From Acidimicrobiia bacterium (lineage in GTDB: Bacteria > Actinomycetota > Acidimicrobiia > Spongiisociales > ZC4RG35): 64,000 bases of DNA. The translations under genes were made by a program, and so were the position numbers. Location of the stretch: assembly GCA_013812505.1 (NCBI GenBank), contig JACCTH010000021.1, forward strand, positions 24,104-88,103. Direction: 5' to 3'. Shown here piece by piece: positions 9,478 through 20,714 of the stretch (its first letter is position 1; each line of letters starts with the position of its first letter). Under the pieces are notes generated by a model. The model did no database searches. It was not told the origin of the DNA and was given only the letters and a program-made list of their open reading frames with translations.

Positions 9478-10358
9478 TAAATACCCACCAACCACGCCGC
9501 TCCGCGGACCCCAGACGAGTCGCCGTGGCGGTTCTTCAACAGCGGCGTTTGAACCCTCTCCGAGAACACATAACGGTCCCAGCGGGAGGGGGTTTGGGTG
9601 TAGATCTCGTCGACGTTGCTCATCCCGCCTCCGAGGACGATGGCGTCGGGGTCGAGCACGTTGATGATTGTCGCCAGCCCCCGGGCCAGGCGGTCGCAGT
9701 AATCGGCGAGGTGCGCTGACGCCTCGGGATCATCCCGGCGCGATGCTTCGACCACTTCTTTCGCCGACGCCGCTCCGGAGAGCGAGGCGAAGCCGGTCCC
9801 AGAAAGAAACGTTTCGATGCAGCCGTGAAGACCGCAGTAACACGACGGGCCGGGCAACTCATCTGGGCGCGGCCAAGGCAGGGGATTGTGGCCCCATTCA
9901 CCTGCCACCCCGTTGGGACCGTCAAGCGCTCGACGATCCACCACGACTCCGCCCCCAACCCCGGTGCCAATGATGACCCCGAAGATGACCCGATAGGACG
10001 CCCCCGCTCCGTCAGCCGCCTCCGACAAGGCAAAACAATCGGCGTCATTCCGCAAGACCACCTCGCGGCCCAGTGCGCGCTCGAGGTCGGCGTGGAGAGG
10101 CTTGCCGTTGAGGTAGACGGCGTTGGAGTTCCGCAGAGTTCCACCTGAGATCGACCCGGGAGTTCCGATCCCGATCGCCGCCGCGACCGGTCCGGCCTTT
10201 CCTTCCAGGTCCGTGACCAGTTTCCCGATTGCCCGCAACGTGGCTTCGTAGTCGCCTCGTGGAGTCTCGATCCGCAAACGAGCCGGCTCCGCGCCCAGAG
10301 GATCGAGCACCACCCCTTCGATCTTCGTTCCGCCGAGGTCGATTCCGATTCGATTCAT
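9477..10358 (-). CDS. ROK-family sugar kinase (fructokinase Mak-like), start at ATG 10358
   Basis: MNRIGIDLGGTKIE, NDADCFALSEA, IIGTGVGGG, GEWGH, CYCGLHGCIE, GDSSGVRGAAW. Confidence 0.92.
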   Translation of the reverse strand: MNRIGIDLGGTKIEGVVLDPLGAEPARLRIETPRGDYEATLRAIGKLVTDLEGKAGPVAAAIGIGTPGSISGGTLRNSNAVYLNGKPLHADLERALGREVVLRNDADCFALSEAADGAGASYRVIFGVIIGTGVGGGVVVDRRALDGPNGVAGEWGHNPLPWPRPDELPGPSCYCGLHGCIETFLSGTGFASLSGAASAKEVVEASRRDDPEASAHLADYCDRLARGLATIINVLDPDAIVLGGGMSNVDEIYTQTPSRWDRYVFSERVQTPLLKNRHGDSSGVRGAAWLVGI

Positions 10359-10368
10359 TTTGGCCGGT

Positions 10369-11502
10369 TCACCGGGCGGCCGCCGGATGAACCTCGGCCA
10401 GTAGTTGGTTGAAGTTGGTCGTCGGAGCAAGAACCAGTTCGCCCGCTCCTGTGCGAAAGTCGGTGACATTGATCGAAAACCGATTGACCTGGTCTCGACT
10501 GATCCCGCGATATGCCCAGGCGGTGGCGATCGCGTCGCCAAAAGACCAGCCACTGTCGACCCGCACCGCCCCGGCGACCGCTTCGAGCCGTGAAGAAAGC
10601 GACCCCAACGAACCAAAGTTGGCCAGGGCTTTGGCGAGTTGGAAAAGGATGTCCTGCTGGTGCCGCATCCGATTGAAGTCCGATGACGCCACGAGTTGCC
10701 ATTCACCGTTGATCAGCTCCTCGGTGTTTCTAGATCTCGCCCAAGCCAGTGTGGTGGCACCGTCTGCCCAGATACACCCTCCCGGGAGATCGAGCCCGGC
10801 GTTGATGTCACGGGCAGGATGTTCGGTGCAAATGCCGGTGCCGCCGAGAGCGTTTACCACCCCCGCAAAACCATCGAAACTGAGCCGGGCAACGTGGTCG
10901 ATCGGGATACCAGTGAAACCTTCGACCATCAGCGCGATGAGCTCGGTCCCCGAGGCAAAGTCCGTGCAGCCACCCAGTCCGGCGTTGATTCGACTCCAGC
11001 CCCCGGTGCAGGGATTCGCGACATAGAGGTCGCGAGGTAACGAAACGAGAATCGGGGCCGCTCCGTCGTTGGGTGCCAGCGCCAGAATGATCGTGTCCGC
11101 GCGGACGCCCGACTCGTCGCTGCCAACCCCGAGATAAGCATCGAACATCTCGTCGGGTAGCGGCCGGCCAGCCGCCGCCGGGTTGCTGTATCCCTGCTCG
11201 CGTACGACCACGTCGGCAGCGGTCAGCTCGTCGTCGATTGCCGAGTTGGCGAGCTCACTGGCCGCAAACTTCTCCAGGAGAATCCGCTCGGCCTCAGCCA
11301 GATCCGCAGCGGCATCGGCCACCTCGGCCGCATCCCGCTCAAGCATCGCGGTCGAGGCACGTTGGAGGTTGAACTCTTCTGTTGCCACTGCCTCGAATGT
11401 CAGCCAGATCTGGCTGAAGAAGTATCCGGTGGTTCCGAGGATGACCCCGCCGATCAGGATGACGGTGGCACGAATCGGATGTCGCAACACATAGCCAAGC
11501 AT
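10369..11502 (-). CDS. LytR-CpsA-Psr (LCP) family glycopolymer transferase
   Basis: N-terminal TM. GSDE..RADTIIL, SLPRDLYV, RINA, WARSR, SDFNRMRHQQ. GGAGG SD before ATG 11502. Confidence 0.88.
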   Translation of the reverse strand: MLGYVLRHPIRATVILIGGVILGTTGYFFSQIWLTFEAVATEEFNLQRASTAMLERDAAEVADAAADLAEAERILLEKFAASELANSAIDDELTAADVVVREQGYSNPAAAGRPLPDEMFDAYLGVGSDESGVRADTIILALAPNDGAAPILVSLPRDLYVANPCTGGWSRINAGLGGCTDFASGTELIALMVEGFTGIPIDHVARLSFDGFAGVVNALGGTGICTEHPARDINAGLDLPGGCIWADGATTLAWARSRNTEELINGEWQLVASSDFNRMRHQQDILFQLAKALANFGSLGSLSSRLEAVAGAVRVDSGWSFGDAIATAWAYRGISRDQVNRFSINVTDFRTGAGELVLAPTTNFNQLLAEVHPAAAR

Positions 11503-11562
11503 CAGGCCTCCGGGGGTGATCACGATGCTATTGCGCGAGCGCCGGCGAACGATGGCAGTCGA

Positions 11563-11958
11563 TTACTGAGCGATGAAGACGGTGCCCGTGAAATTGCCCA
11601 CGACTCGACCATCGTCACGTTCCACCAGCACTCGATAGGTGGCCAGCGTCCGGCCACGGTGGATCTCGGTTGCGGTAGCGGTCAACTCGTCACCTGGTTT
11701 GGAACCGGCCGTGAAGACCATGTGGGTGTCGATCGCAGAGGCGTCAGCCTCGTATGAATTCGAGTACAGTGAGAAAGCGCAATCGGCCACGATGAACACC
11801 GCGCCGCCATGCGTCGCCCCATGAAAATTGGTGTGGGTTTCGGTGACGGTCATCGCTACTTTCACGAAGTCATCGCCAACTTCGACCAGTCGAATCCCAA
11901 GGCTGTTCGCGAGCGGATCGGCTTGGAGACGAGCCGATACGCGATCGGCATCGATCAT
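11563..11958 (-). CDS. paaI: PaaI-type hot-dog thioesterase
   Basis: NFHGATHGGAVFIVADCAF motif; C-terminal VVGNFTGT. Confidence 0.78.
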   Translation of the reverse strand: MIDADRVSARLQADPLANSLGIRLVEVGDDFVKVAMTVTETHTNFHGATHGGAVFIVADCAFSLYSNSYEADASAIDTHMVFTAGSKPGDELTATATEIHRGRTLATYRVLVERDDGRVVGNFTGTVFIAQ

Positions 11959-12632
11959 CCCCGTTCGAGCCAGGCTCGGAAGAACGCCCGGGAGTTGGCA
12001 TCCAGGGCCGGATCGGCTTCTTCGAGCCGCGAGCTGTAGTCGTCGTAGTCGATCCCAGCCTGGCCGAGCACCGACCAGTCTTCTTTCCCCCAGCGCTTGG
12101 CCAAATCGGAGTCGGCATCGGGATGGAACTGCACCGCCAACGCCGAGCCGGCGCGGAACGCCTGCGGGTAGAGCTCGCTGTAAGCAAGCAACATCGAACC
12201 GGGTGGGTGGTCGAATGTGTCCTGATGCAGGCTGAAAACTCGGCTGCCAAGGGTCTTCATCACCGGGTCGGCGTCGCCATCCGCGGTCAGCTCCAGATCG
12301 ATCACATTGGCCTCCGGGCGCTCTGCCCGAAATGCCGACCCACCGAGGGCGGCGGCGAGGAGCTGGCTTCCGAGGCAGATGCCGAGGACCGGCACGTCCT
12401 TTTCGACCAATCCGGCCAGCCAGGTTTTCTCCGCCGCCATCCAGGCGTGGCGATCATCCTCGTACGCCCCCATCTCGCCCCCCAACGTCACGACCCGATC
12501 GAACGATTCGGCACCCGGGACTGGGTCGCCCCGATGAAGGTGAAACCTGACGGTTTCCGCGCCGACGCGATGGAGCTCGTCGTCGAGCCGTCCAGTGGTC
12601 TGCTCACAGTGATAGATCACACCTACCCGCAC
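11955..12632 (-). CDS. Type 1 glutamine amidotransferase (GuaA-like stand-alone)
   Basis: TLGGEMG, PVLGICLGSQLL, HQD, VQFHPD triad motifs. Start taken at GTG 12632. Confidence 0.85.
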   Translation of the reverse strand: MRVGVIYHCEQTTGRLDDELHRVGAETVRFHLHRGDPVPGAESFDRVVTLGGEMGAYEDDRHAWMAAEKTWLAGLVEKDVPVLGICLGSQLLAAALGGSAFRAERPEANVIDLELTADGDADPVMKTLGSRVFSLHQDTFDHPPGSMLLAYSELYPQAFRAGSALAVQFHPDADSDLAKRWGKEDWSVLGQAGIDYDDYSSRLEEADPALDANSRAFFRAWLERG

Positions 12633-12666
12633 GAAGGCAACGGTAACGGCCTTTAGGATCGCGACA

Positions 12667-13548
12667 GTGAGAAGGATCGGAGCCGGCAAGGTACGCGACA
12701 TCTATGACCTCGGCGACGACCGCCTCCTCCTCGTCGCCAGCGATCGGATCAGCGCCTACGACATTGTCCTCCCTGACCAGATCCCGGACAAGGGGCGAGT
12801 GCTCACGGCTATCTCCCGGTACTTCTTCGATCTGCTTGACACCCCCCATCACTATCTGAGCACCGACGTCTCGGAGTTTGGTCTCCCGGAATCTGACTGG
12901 CCCGCCGATCCCTCGTTCTTTGCCGGGCGATCGATGGTGGTGCGCAAAGCAGAAGTGGTTCCGGTCGAATGCGTCGTCAGGGGCTATCTCTATGGCTCTT
13001 CGTGGCGTGAGTATCAAGCCGGTGGGGGGCCGTCGACCGAGCAGCTTCCACCTGGCTTGCAACTGGCCGATCGCCTCGCGGAGCCAATCTTCACCCCGTC
13101 CACCAAGGCGACCGAGGGACACGACGAGAACCTCGACGAAGCCGGCGCTCGCAAATTGATCGGCGATGACCTGTACGAAGAGCTCAAAGCGCGTTCGCTC
13201 GAGATCTACCACAAGGCTGCCGAGCACTCTGCCGACCGTGGCGTGATCCTGGCCGACACCAAGTTCGAATTCGGCCACTTCGGCGGCGAGCTCATCCTCA
13301 TCGACGAAGTGCTCACTCCCGATTCCTCCCGCTATTGGCCACGCGACGAATGGAAGCCGGGCAGCGACGTTCCTTCGTTCGACAAGCAGTACGTCCGCGA
13401 TTGGCTCGATCAGGCCCAGTGGGACCATCATCCACCCGCCCCCCATCTCCCGCCGGAGGTGATCGAAGGCACCCGGGACCGATATATCGAAGCGCACGAT
13501 CGCATCACCGATTCGAAGTTCTCCGACTATCTCGCGGAGCATTCGTGA
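12667..13548 (+). CDS. purC: SAICAR synthetase
   Basis: GKVRDIY, SDRISAYD, ECVVRGY, FTPSTKA, DTKFEFG, DEVLTPDSSRYW, SFDKQYVRDWL. Confidence 0.98.
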   Translation: MRRIGAGKVRDIYDLGDDRLLLVASDRISAYDIVLPDQIPDKGRVLTAISRYFFDLLDTPHHYLSTDVSEFGLPESDWPADPSFFAGRSMVVRKAEVVPVECVVRGYLYGSSWREYQAGGGPSTEQLPPGLQLADRLAEPIFTPSTKATEGHDENLDEAGARKLIGDDLYEELKARSLEIYHKAAEHSADRGVILADTKFEFGHFGGELILIDEVLTPDSSRYWPRDEWKPGSDVPSFDKQYVRDWLDQAQWDHHPPAPHLPPEVIEGTRDRYIEAHDRITDSKFSDYLAEHS

Positions 13549-13787
13549 AGGTGACCGTCGCCATCACCAGGCGCCCGGAGATTGCTGATCCGCAGGGCAC
13601 CACGGTGCGGCGCGCCTTGCATGACCTCGGCTTTGCGGAGGTTGACACGGTCCGCTTCGATCGGCTGCTGACGCTTGAGGTTGACGGTTCCGATAGCGAG
13701 ACGATCCGCCAACGGGTGGAGGAGATGTGCGAGAGGCTGCTGGCTAATCCCGTTCTCGAAGACTTCGTGGTGGAGGTCGACCGCTGA
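13545..13787 (+). CDS. purS: FGAM synthase subunit PurS
   Basis: GTG overlapping the purC stop; IADPQGTTV...LLANPVLEDF. Confidence 0.95.
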   Translation: MKVTVAITRRPEIADPQGTTVRRALHDLGFAEVDTVRFDRLLTLEVDGSDSETIRQRVEEMCERLLANPVLEDFVVEVDR

Positions 13788-14428
13788 CCCGTGTCGCCAT
13801 CGCGGTCTTTCCGGGGACCAATTGCGAGCAGGACGTCGCCGAAGCCCTGACCAATTTGGGCGCCGCAACCGATCTCGTCTGGCACGCCGAATCGTCGCTT
13901 GCAGCCTTCGACGCGGTAGTGCTGCCCGGCGGTTTTGCCCATGGCGACTATCTCCGAACCGGTGCGATCGCGGCGCTGTCGCCGATCATGGCCGCGGTCG
14001 CCGGGATGGCACAGGCGGGGCGGCCAGTCCTGGGGATTTGCAATGGCTTTCAAGTCTTGTGCGAGGCCGGCCTGCTCCCCGGCGCCCTGATCGCCAATCG
14101 TGACCTTGCCTTCATCTGCCGTTCGATTGAGGTAGCGGTCGTTGACTCGGGTTCCATGTTGACGGCCGGGCTCGAACCCGGTGAGGTGCTGCGGTTGCCG
14201 CTCAATTCCTATGAGGGCAATTACGTCGACCCGAGCGAGATTGGCCGAGTGGTCCTCAGCTATCGCGAAGACCCCAACGGGTCACAGAACGCCGCCGCCG
14301 CGATCGCCAACGCCGCGGGCAACGTCGTTGGGATCATGCCCCACCCCGAGCGGGCCAGTGCCGAATGGCTGGGATCGGTCGACGGCAATCGCCTGCTCGA
14401 CTCATTCCTCAAAGCCGCCGCGGCATGA
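13784..14428 (+). CDS. purQ: FGAM synthase glutaminase subunit PurQ (CTG start)
   Basis: (L/M)[38 protein letters not shown]. The N-terminus extends upstream of the track's TTG to CTG 13784. Confidence 0.95.
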   Translation: MTRVAIAVFPGTNCEQDVAEALTNLGAATDLVWHAESSLAAFDAVVLPGGFAHGDYLRTGAIAALSPIMAAVAGMAQAGRPVLGICNGFQVLCEAGLLPGALIANRDLAFICRSIEVAVVDSGSMLTAGLEPGEVLRLPLNSYEGNYVDPSEIGRVVLSYREDPNGSQNAAAAIANAAGNVVGIMPHPERASAEWLGSVDGNRLLDSFLKAAAA

Positions 14429-16614
14429 CGCTCGACCAGGAGGAGCTTTCGGAGGAGACGGCTCCAACTCTCCACGGCCAGCTCGGCCTCACCAATGATG
14501 AATATCAACGCATCGTCGGCATGCTCGACCGCGAGCCCCGGCCGGCGGAGCTGGCGATGTTCTCGGTTATGTGGTCCGAGCACTGTTCCTACAAGTCGTC
14601 GCGAGCGCATCTGGGTCGCTTTCCGACGGAAGCTCCTTGGGTGGTGGTCGGACCCGGCGAGAATGCCGGCGTCGTCGACATCGGCGACGGATGGCTTGTG
14701 GCCATACGGATCGAGAGTCACAACCATCCCTCCTTTGTGGAGCCCTTTCAGGGCGCCGCCACCGGGGTAGGGGGGATAATCCGGGACATCTTCACGATGG
14801 GGGCGCGGCCCATCGCCCTTTGGGACTCGCTCCGCTTTGGTCCCCAGGATCAACCCCACAATCGCTACCTGTTCCGGGGCGTGGTCAGTGGCATCGCCTC
14901 CTATGGGAACGCGGTTGGCGTTCCGACGGTGGGCGGCGAGGTGGCCTTCGCCGAGCACTACTCCTCCAATCCCCTCGTCAATGTCATGTGCCTGGGTCTC
15001 CTCCGCGCCGAGGATTTGGTGCTGGCTACGACCGGTCGTCCCGGCAACAGGGCGGTCTTGCTCGGAGCGGCTACCGGCCGCGATGGAATTGGCGGGGCTT
15101 CGGTGCTGGCCTCGGCTTCCTTTGACGAGGTCGCGGCCCGAAAGCGGCCCTCGGTGCAGGTGGGAGATCCCTTTCTCGAGAAGAAGCTGATCGAGGCATG
15201 CCTCGAGCTTTATGAGCGCGACCTCGTGATCGGGATCCAGGATCTCGGCGCCGGCGGGCTCTCCTGTGCGATCTCGGAGCCGACCTCGCGGGCTGGGACG
15301 GGGATCGACGTCGATCTCGATCGGGTGCACACCCGTGAATCCGGCATGACCGCTCCCGAGCTTTTGATGTCCGAATCGCAAGAACGCATGCTGGCGTTCG
15401 TCGAGCCTGCGCTGGTCGACGACGTGTTGGCGGTCGCAGCGAGATGGGAGATCGACGCGTCGGAGATCGGCACCGTTACCGAGAGCTCGGAAGTTCGGGT
15501 CGTCGCCGGCGGTGAACCCGTCGCCCAATTGCCCGCGACTGCGCTGACGCTCGACGCTCCCCGCTACGACCGGCCTCTCGGCGCGCCATCGTGGATGGAG
15601 GACCTCTGGTCGAACACCGTCCATTTCGTGCAGCCGCCCGACATCGCCGGCTCAGTCCTCCAGCTCCTGGCTGAGCCGGAGCTGGGCTCGAAAGCAAGGA
15701 TCTTTGAGCAATACGACCACATGCTTTTCCTCAACACCGTCGTCGGGCCGGGTCATGACGCCACGTTGCTCAGGGTCAAAGGCACTCAAAAGGGCCTCGC
15801 GGTGTCGACTGACGGGGACGGCCGGTTGTGCTACCTCGATCCGCTTCGAGGAGGTTCCCGCCTGGTTTGGGAAGCCGCGCTCAATGTGGCGTTGCTGGGG
15901 GCCGAGCCCATGGCCGTGGTCGACAATTTGAACTTTGGCAATCCGGAGAAGCCCGACGTCATGTGGCAGTTCCGAGAGGTGGTGGAAGGAATCGCCCAGG
16001 CTTGCGAATTCCTGGGCATTCCCGTTGTCGGGGGGAATGTCTCCTTCTACAACGAGACCTCGGGCCTCGACATCTACCCGACACCGGTGATCGGCATGCT
16101 GGGTTTGATCGAGGAACTGCTATTGCCGCCACCAAGGCTCGATCGAGCCGAAGAAGGGATGGCGATCTGGATCGTCGGCACTGACTGGGCCGTCAACCTG
16201 GCTGGATCAGTGTTTGAGAAGGTCACCTTCGGCCATGTCGGAGGGCGGCCATCGGCACCGGACCCGACCATGGGTCGGGCAGTGCTGGGTACGGCCCGAC
16301 GTCTCGCGGCCGCCGGAGCCCCCGTGTTGCACGACATCTCCTCGGGAGGGTTGGCCATCGCCCTCGCCGAGATCTGCATTGCCTCGGGAGTCGGTGCTGA
16401 CATCAGCTACAACGATTGGCGCCACCTCTTCTCGGAGGACCCCCATCGTTTCCTGGTGGTGGCGCCAGAGTCGGTGGAGGCGAACGACCTCGCTCAAGAC
16501 GAAGGTGCTCCGATCCAGCGACTGGGATCGATGGGGGGAGCTGAGCTCCGCCTCGGGCGCTTTACGCTCGACGTCGATGCGATGAGCGACGTCTTCAACT
16601 CGAACTTCGCATGA
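14425..16614 (+). CDS. purL: FGAM synthase subunit PurL
   Basis: [62 protein letters not shown]. Confidence 0.98.
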   Translation: MTLDQEELSEETAPTLHGQLGLTNDEYQRIVGMLDREPRPAELAMFSVMWSEHCSYKSSRAHLGRFPTEAPWVVVGPGENAGVVDIGDGWLVAIRIESHNHPSFVEPFQGAATGVGGIIRDIFTMGARPIALWDSLRFGPQDQPHNRYLFRGVVSGIASYGNAVGVPTVGGEVAFAEHYSSNPLVNVMCLGLLRAEDLVLATTGRPGNRAVLLGAATGRDGIGGASVLASASFDEVAARKRPSVQVGDPFLEKKLIEACLELYERDLVIGIQDLGAGGLSCAISEPTSRAGTGIDVDLDRVHTRESGMTAPELLMSESQERMLAFVEPALVDDVLAVAARWEIDASEIGTVTESSEVRVVAGGEPVAQLPATALTLDAPRYDRPLGAPSWMEDLWSNTVHFVQPPDIAGSVLQLLAEPELGSKARIFEQYDHMLFLNTVVGPGHDATLLRVKGTQKGLAVSTDGDGRLCYLDPLRGGSRLVWEAALNVALLGAEPMAVVDNLNFGNPEKPDVMWQFREVVEGIAQACEFLGIPVVGGNVSFYNETSGLDIYPTPVIGMLGLIEELLLPPPRLDRAEEGMAIWIVGTDWAVNLAGSVFEKVTFGHVGGRPSAPDPTMGRAVLGTARRLAAAGAPVLHDISSGGLAIALAEICIASGVGADISYNDWRHLFSEDPHRFLVVAPESVEANDLAQDEGAPIQRLGSMGGAELRLGRFTLDVDAMSDVFNSNFA

Positions 16615-18371
16615 AGGGCCCGCTCGCCCGGCTTTGGCAATACGCGGGCCCGTATCGCTCGCGAGTGGTGAAGGCGACGACCTTCAGCGTTTTCAACAAG
16701 CTGGCCGACGTTCTCCCTGAGCTGGTGATTGGCGCCGCGGTCGACGTCGTGGTGCGTGGCGCCGATTCGCTGGTTGGTCGCGCCTTCGGGATTGCCGACC
16801 GGTTCGGTCAGTTGATGGTCCTGGCGGGGATCAACTTCGCGATTTGGCTGATCGAATCGATCACCGAGTACATCGCCTCGCTCGAATGGCGGAACCTGGC
16901 CCAAACCATCGAGCACGAGGTGCGCATGGATGCCTACCGCCATGTGCAAGAGCTCGAGCAGGCTTGGTTCGAGGACCGCTCGACCGGCGGCCTTCTCTCA
17001 ATCCTCAACGACGACGTCAACCAGTTGGAGCGATTCCTCGACATCGGCGCCTCGGATCTGATCCGAACCTTTGTCAATGTGGTGTTCGTCGGATTGGTCT
17101 TCTTCATCTCAGCTCCGCTCGTTGGGGTTGTCGCGTTCCTCCCGATCCCGCTGATCGTGTGGGGATCGATCCTCTACCAATCCCGGCTCTCGCCGCGCTA
17201 TCAAGCAGTCCGCGAGGCGGCCGGCGACCTGGGGGCGCTCTTGGCGAACAACCTCTCCGGCATCACCACGGTGCGCGCCTTCTCGGCCGAGGAACACGAG
17301 TCGGAGCGAGTGGCAGAAGCGTCGAACCGCTATCGATTTGCCAATCGTGACGCCATCCGCCTGTCGTCAGCCTTCGTCCCCATCATCCGGCTGGCCATCC
17401 TGGCGGGTTTCACTTTGACCTTGATCCTCGGTGGCCGGGCCACTCTCAACGGGACGATGGAAGTGGGCATCTTCTCGGTACTCGTCTATATGACCCAAAG
17501 GCTCCTATGGCCGTTGACCCGGCTGGGAGAGACGCTCGATCTCTACCAGCGGGCTATGGCCTCGACCCGCCGGCTGCTCGATCTTCTGGCGGTCAAGCCC
17601 ACGATCCTCGCCGGATCGAGGAGGCTTCCCGACGACACTCCGGGAGCGATCCGCTTCGAGGGCGTCTCCTTCGCCTATGCCGATTCCCGGCCTGTGCTCG
17701 AGGATCTTGAGCTCGACGTCCCGGCCGGGGAGACGCACGCGATCGTCGGCGCTACCGGGGCGGGTAAATCAACGTTGGTCAAACTGCTTCTCCGCCTCTA
17801 TGAGCCCATCCAGGGCCGAATCACTTTCGACGACGTCGATCTGCGCGACCTCACCTTCGAGTCACTTCGGGGAGCGATCGGTTACGTCGGCCAGGACGTG
17901 TTCCTATTTCAGGGCACGGTCTACGAGAACCTGGCCTATGGGAAACCGGGCGCTGCCGAAAGCGAGATCACCCTGGCAGCCGACCTCGCCGAAGCCAGTG
18001 AGTTCATCGACGACCTGCCCCACCGTTATGACACTGTGGTTGGCGAGCGCGGGCAGAAGCTCTCTGGCGGCCAGCGCCAGCGCTTGTCAATTGCTCGCGC
18101 CATCCTGAGGGAGCCGGCGGTGCTGGTGCTCGACGAAGCCACCTCGTCGGTCGACAACGAGACCGAGGCCGCGATCCAGCATTCGCTCGACATCGTCGGC
18201 AAAGACCGCACCGTCATCGTTATCGCCCACCGCCTTTCGACGGTGCGAAATGCCGACCGCATCCATGTCATCTCCAACGGACGGGTGACCGAGTCCGGCA
18301 CCCACGACGAGCTCGTCGCCCGCGACGGCCTTTATGCCGCGCTTTGGCGGGTCCAAACCGGCGAGCGTTAA
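16611..18371 (+). CDS. ABC exporter, fused permease/ATPase (MsbA-like)
   Basis: TM domain followed by [30 protein letters not shown]. Confidence 0.95.
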   Translation: MKGPLARLWQYAGPYRSRVVKATTFSVFNKLADVLPELVIGAAVDVVVRGADSLVGRAFGIADRFGQLMVLAGINFAIWLIESITEYIASLEWRNLAQTIEHEVRMDAYRHVQELEQAWFEDRSTGGLLSILNDDVNQLERFLDIGASDLIRTFVNVVFVGLVFFISAPLVGVVAFLPIPLIVWGSILYQSRLSPRYQAVREAAGDLGALLANNLSGITTVRAFSAEEHESERVAEASNRYRFANRDAIRLSSAFVPIIRLAILAGFTLTLILGGRATLNGTMEVGIFSVLVYMTQRLLWPLTRLGETLDLYQRAMASTRRLLDLLAVKPTILAGSRRLPDDTPGAIRFEGVSFAYADSRPVLEDLELDVPAGETHAIVGATGAGKSTLVKLLLRLYEPIQGRITFDDVDLRDLTFESLRGAIGYVGQDVFLFQGTVYENLAYGKPGAAESEITLAADLAEASEFIDDLPHRYDTVVGERGQKLSGGQRQRLSIARAILREPAVLVLDEATSSVDNETEAAIQHSLDIVGKDRTVIVIAHRLSTVRNADRIHVISNGRVTESGTHDELVARDGLYAALWRVQTGER

Positions 18372-18435
18372 TCGTGGGTCGGGGCGCCCAAATGCACATG
18401 GCCGCAAACTTTCATGGGCCGGTAGATTGAGGCCG

Positions 18436-19242
18436 GTGAAGGGGTGGCAAGCGGGACTGATCCATTGGCGCGAGCCGAGGGCAATAAGAGCTCTGGCGGT
18501 CTTGGTTGCGGCGTCAATGGCATTCTTTGGCTCGACGGTTACTGCCGCGGCAACGGTCAACCCCTATGAATCTTCACGTATCGGCGTCGTGGGTTGCTCC
18601 AACACCGCCGACATTCTCAGCCGTTACGCAGGCAGCAGCGCCGTCGACAATGTTTGGTTTGACAACATCAATTACGGAGGCGGTCACCTCGCCGTCTGGG
18701 CCGACATCGAGGGCCAGGGGGCCTCGTATTGGACGAGTTTCCAAGACAATTTGGAAACCTACGGCGCCTCCTCGGTTTGGGTGCAAGTTTGTATCCGTGA
18801 CAACTGGACCTCAGCCAGCGGCATGACCGAAGAACAGCAGGCTTTGCTCACCACCGTGGTGGACCATATTCGGGAACTGACTTCGCCGACTATTGACATA
18901 TACGTTTCACCACTTAACAGCTACCTGATTCACAGTTGCGATCTCATCGGCCCCTACAGCGTGGACAACTCCATCGAGCTGGCCGATTGGGCGGCCAGCA
19001 CCGGCCTGGGGCTGCGCGGTCCCGATATCGGGCCGCTGACTCCCCAAATGTTGGCGCCCGACGGTTGTCATCCACGAGGAGAGGGAAGGACCCTGGGCGG
19101 CCAACAGATCGCCGCCTTCTTTGATCAGGTCGACACCGCGTCGGCACCTGGCTCTCCGGATGCCTACCTGTTGTGGCTACAGGGCGAGCTGGGGAACCGC
19201 TGGCTTTGCTCATCGACGTTGCGCGCCGCTGGCTTGCCTTAA
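18436..19242 (+). CDS. Secreted protein, probable SGNH-like hydrolase
   Basis: Signal peptide (IRALAVLVAASMAFFGSTVTAAA), VVGCSNT and DGCHP motifs. TAGATT -10 lies 7 nt before GTG 18436. Confidence 0.55.
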   Translation: MKGWQAGLIHWREPRAIRALAVLVAASMAFFGSTVTAAATVNPYESSRIGVVGCSNTADILSRYAGSSAVDNVWFDNINYGGGHLAVWADIEGQGASYWTSFQDNLETYGASSVWVQVCIRDNWTSASGMTEEQQALLTTVVDHIRELTSPTIDIYVSPLNSYLIHSCDLIGPYSVDNSIELADWAASTGLGLRGPDIGPLTPQMLAPDGCHPRGEGRTLGGQQIAAFFDQVDTASAPGSPDAYLLWLQGELGNRWLCSSTLRAAGLP

Positions 19243-19262
19243 CGCTTCCGTAGCATGGGGAA

Positions 19263-20714
19263 GTGAAAGTCGGCGAGGCGTGCGGGGTGTTCGGGGTATA
19301 CGCCCCGGGTCAGAATGCAGCTCAGCTTTGCTACTTCGGCCTCTTCGCCCTGCAGCATCGCGGCCAGGAGTCGGCGGGGATCGCCACCTCCGATGGCCAA
19401 ACCCTCACCGTTTACAAGGACCTCGGGCTTGTCGCGCAGGTGTTCTCGGATGCCTCGCTCCATGCTCTCGAGGGGCACGTCGGCATCGGTCATACCCGCT
19501 ACTCGACGACCGGTTCCAACCGTTGGGAGAATTCCCAGCCCGCCAACCGCCAGGTTGGTCAGATCTCGATCGCCCTCGGGCACAACGGCAACCTGACGAA
19601 CACGGCCGGTCTCAGTCAGCGGTATCCGGTGGAATCCGCCCACGGGACCTCCGACTCGGCGGTGATGCTCGCCGCCATTGCCGAAGGCGTCGATGAGCAC
19701 CGCAGCGATGACCGCGGCTTGGAAATAGCCCTGGCGTCGACATTGCCCAGCTTTGAAGGCGCGTTCTCCCTGGTCGTGATGGATCAGGGCCGCCTCTTCG
19801 GCGTCCGCGATCCGCATGGATTTCGGCCGCTGTGTCTTGGCCGTCTGCCAGAAACCGTCTCGGGCAAGTCCGGCTGGGTCCTTGCATCGGAGACGGCCGC
19901 GCTCGACATCATCGAGGCGTCGTTCGTGCGCGAGGTGTCTCCGGGAGAGATGGTGATCATTGACGCGACTGGCCTTCGGTCCCGCTTTCCGTTCCCTCTC
20001 ACCGATCCCAAGTTGTGTGTGTTCGAGTTCGTCTACTTCGCTCGTCCGGATTCAATCCTCAACGGACGCAACGTCCATGGGGCTCGCACCGAGATGGGAC
20101 GGACCTTGGCTCGGGAGCATCCGGTCGAGGCCGATGTCGTCGTGCCGGTGCCCGAGTCAGGCATACCGGCAGCGCAGGGATTTGCCTCGGTGTCGGCAAT
20201 TCCCTACGCCGACGGTTTGGTGAAGAACCGCTACATCGGCCGCACCTTCATCGAGCCCAACCAACTTCTCCGTGACCGCGGGGTGAAACTGAAACTCAAC
20301 CCCATAGCGGCGACTCTGGCCGGAAAGCGCGTCGTCTTGATCGACGATTCGATTGTGCGGGGATCTACTACGAGACAACTCGTGGCCCTGGTCCGCGAGG
20401 CCGGTGCCCGCGAGGTTCACCTCCGGATCAGCTCGCCGCCCTACCGCTGGCCCTGCTACTACGGGATGGATACCTCTGATCGGAGCACGCTAATTGCGGC
20501 CCGGCTCGACATCGACGAGGTCTGCCGGCACGTCGGCGCCGACTCCCTCGGATACCTGTCGCTCGAAGGGTTGCTGGCCGCCACCGGTTCTGACCCGCGC
20601 AGCTTCTGTCACGCCTGTCTGTCGGCCGAGTATCCAACGGACGTCGAAGGAGCCCAGGGGAAGTTCTGGTTGGAGGAGCCGATCATTCAACCCCTCAGCA
20701 GGCAGCCTGATTGA
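19263..20714 (+). CDS. purF: Amidophosphoribosyltransferase (Fe-S type)
   Basis: EACGVFG propeptide/Cys1, QHRGQE, GHTRYST, HNGNL, DDSIVRGST, PCYYG, CHAC. Confidence 0.98.
   Translation: MKVGEACGVFGVYAPGQNAAQLCYFGLFALQHRGQESAGIATSDGQTLTVYKDLGLVAQVFSDASLHALEGHVGIGHTRYSTTGSNRWENSQPANRQVGQISIALGHNGNLTNTAGLSQRYPVESAHGTSDSAVMLAAIAEGVDEHRSDDRGLEIALASTLPSFEGAFSLVVMDQGRLFGVRDPHGFRPLCLGRLPETVSGKSGWVLASETAALDIIEASFVREVSPGEMVIIDATGLRSRFPFPLTDPKLCVFEFVYFARPDSILNGRNVHGARTEMGRTLAREHPVEADVVVPVPESGIPAAQGFASVSAIPYADGLVKNRYIGRTFIEPNQLLRDRGVKLKLNPIAATLAGKRVVLIDDSIVRGSTTRQLVALVREAGAREVHLRISSPPYRWPCYYGMDTSDRSTLIAARLDIDEVCRHVGADSLGYLSLEGLLAATGSDPRSFCHACLSAEYPTDVEGAQGKFWLEEPIIQPLSRQPD

Noticed and set aside
14260-15624. 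Long antisense ORFs (also 2214-3122, 12604-13542, 22959-23909, 24807-25847, 44814-45848, 54401-55333)
   Set aside because: They lie opposite well-supported genes, which is expected from high-GC codon bias, and they show no motifs.
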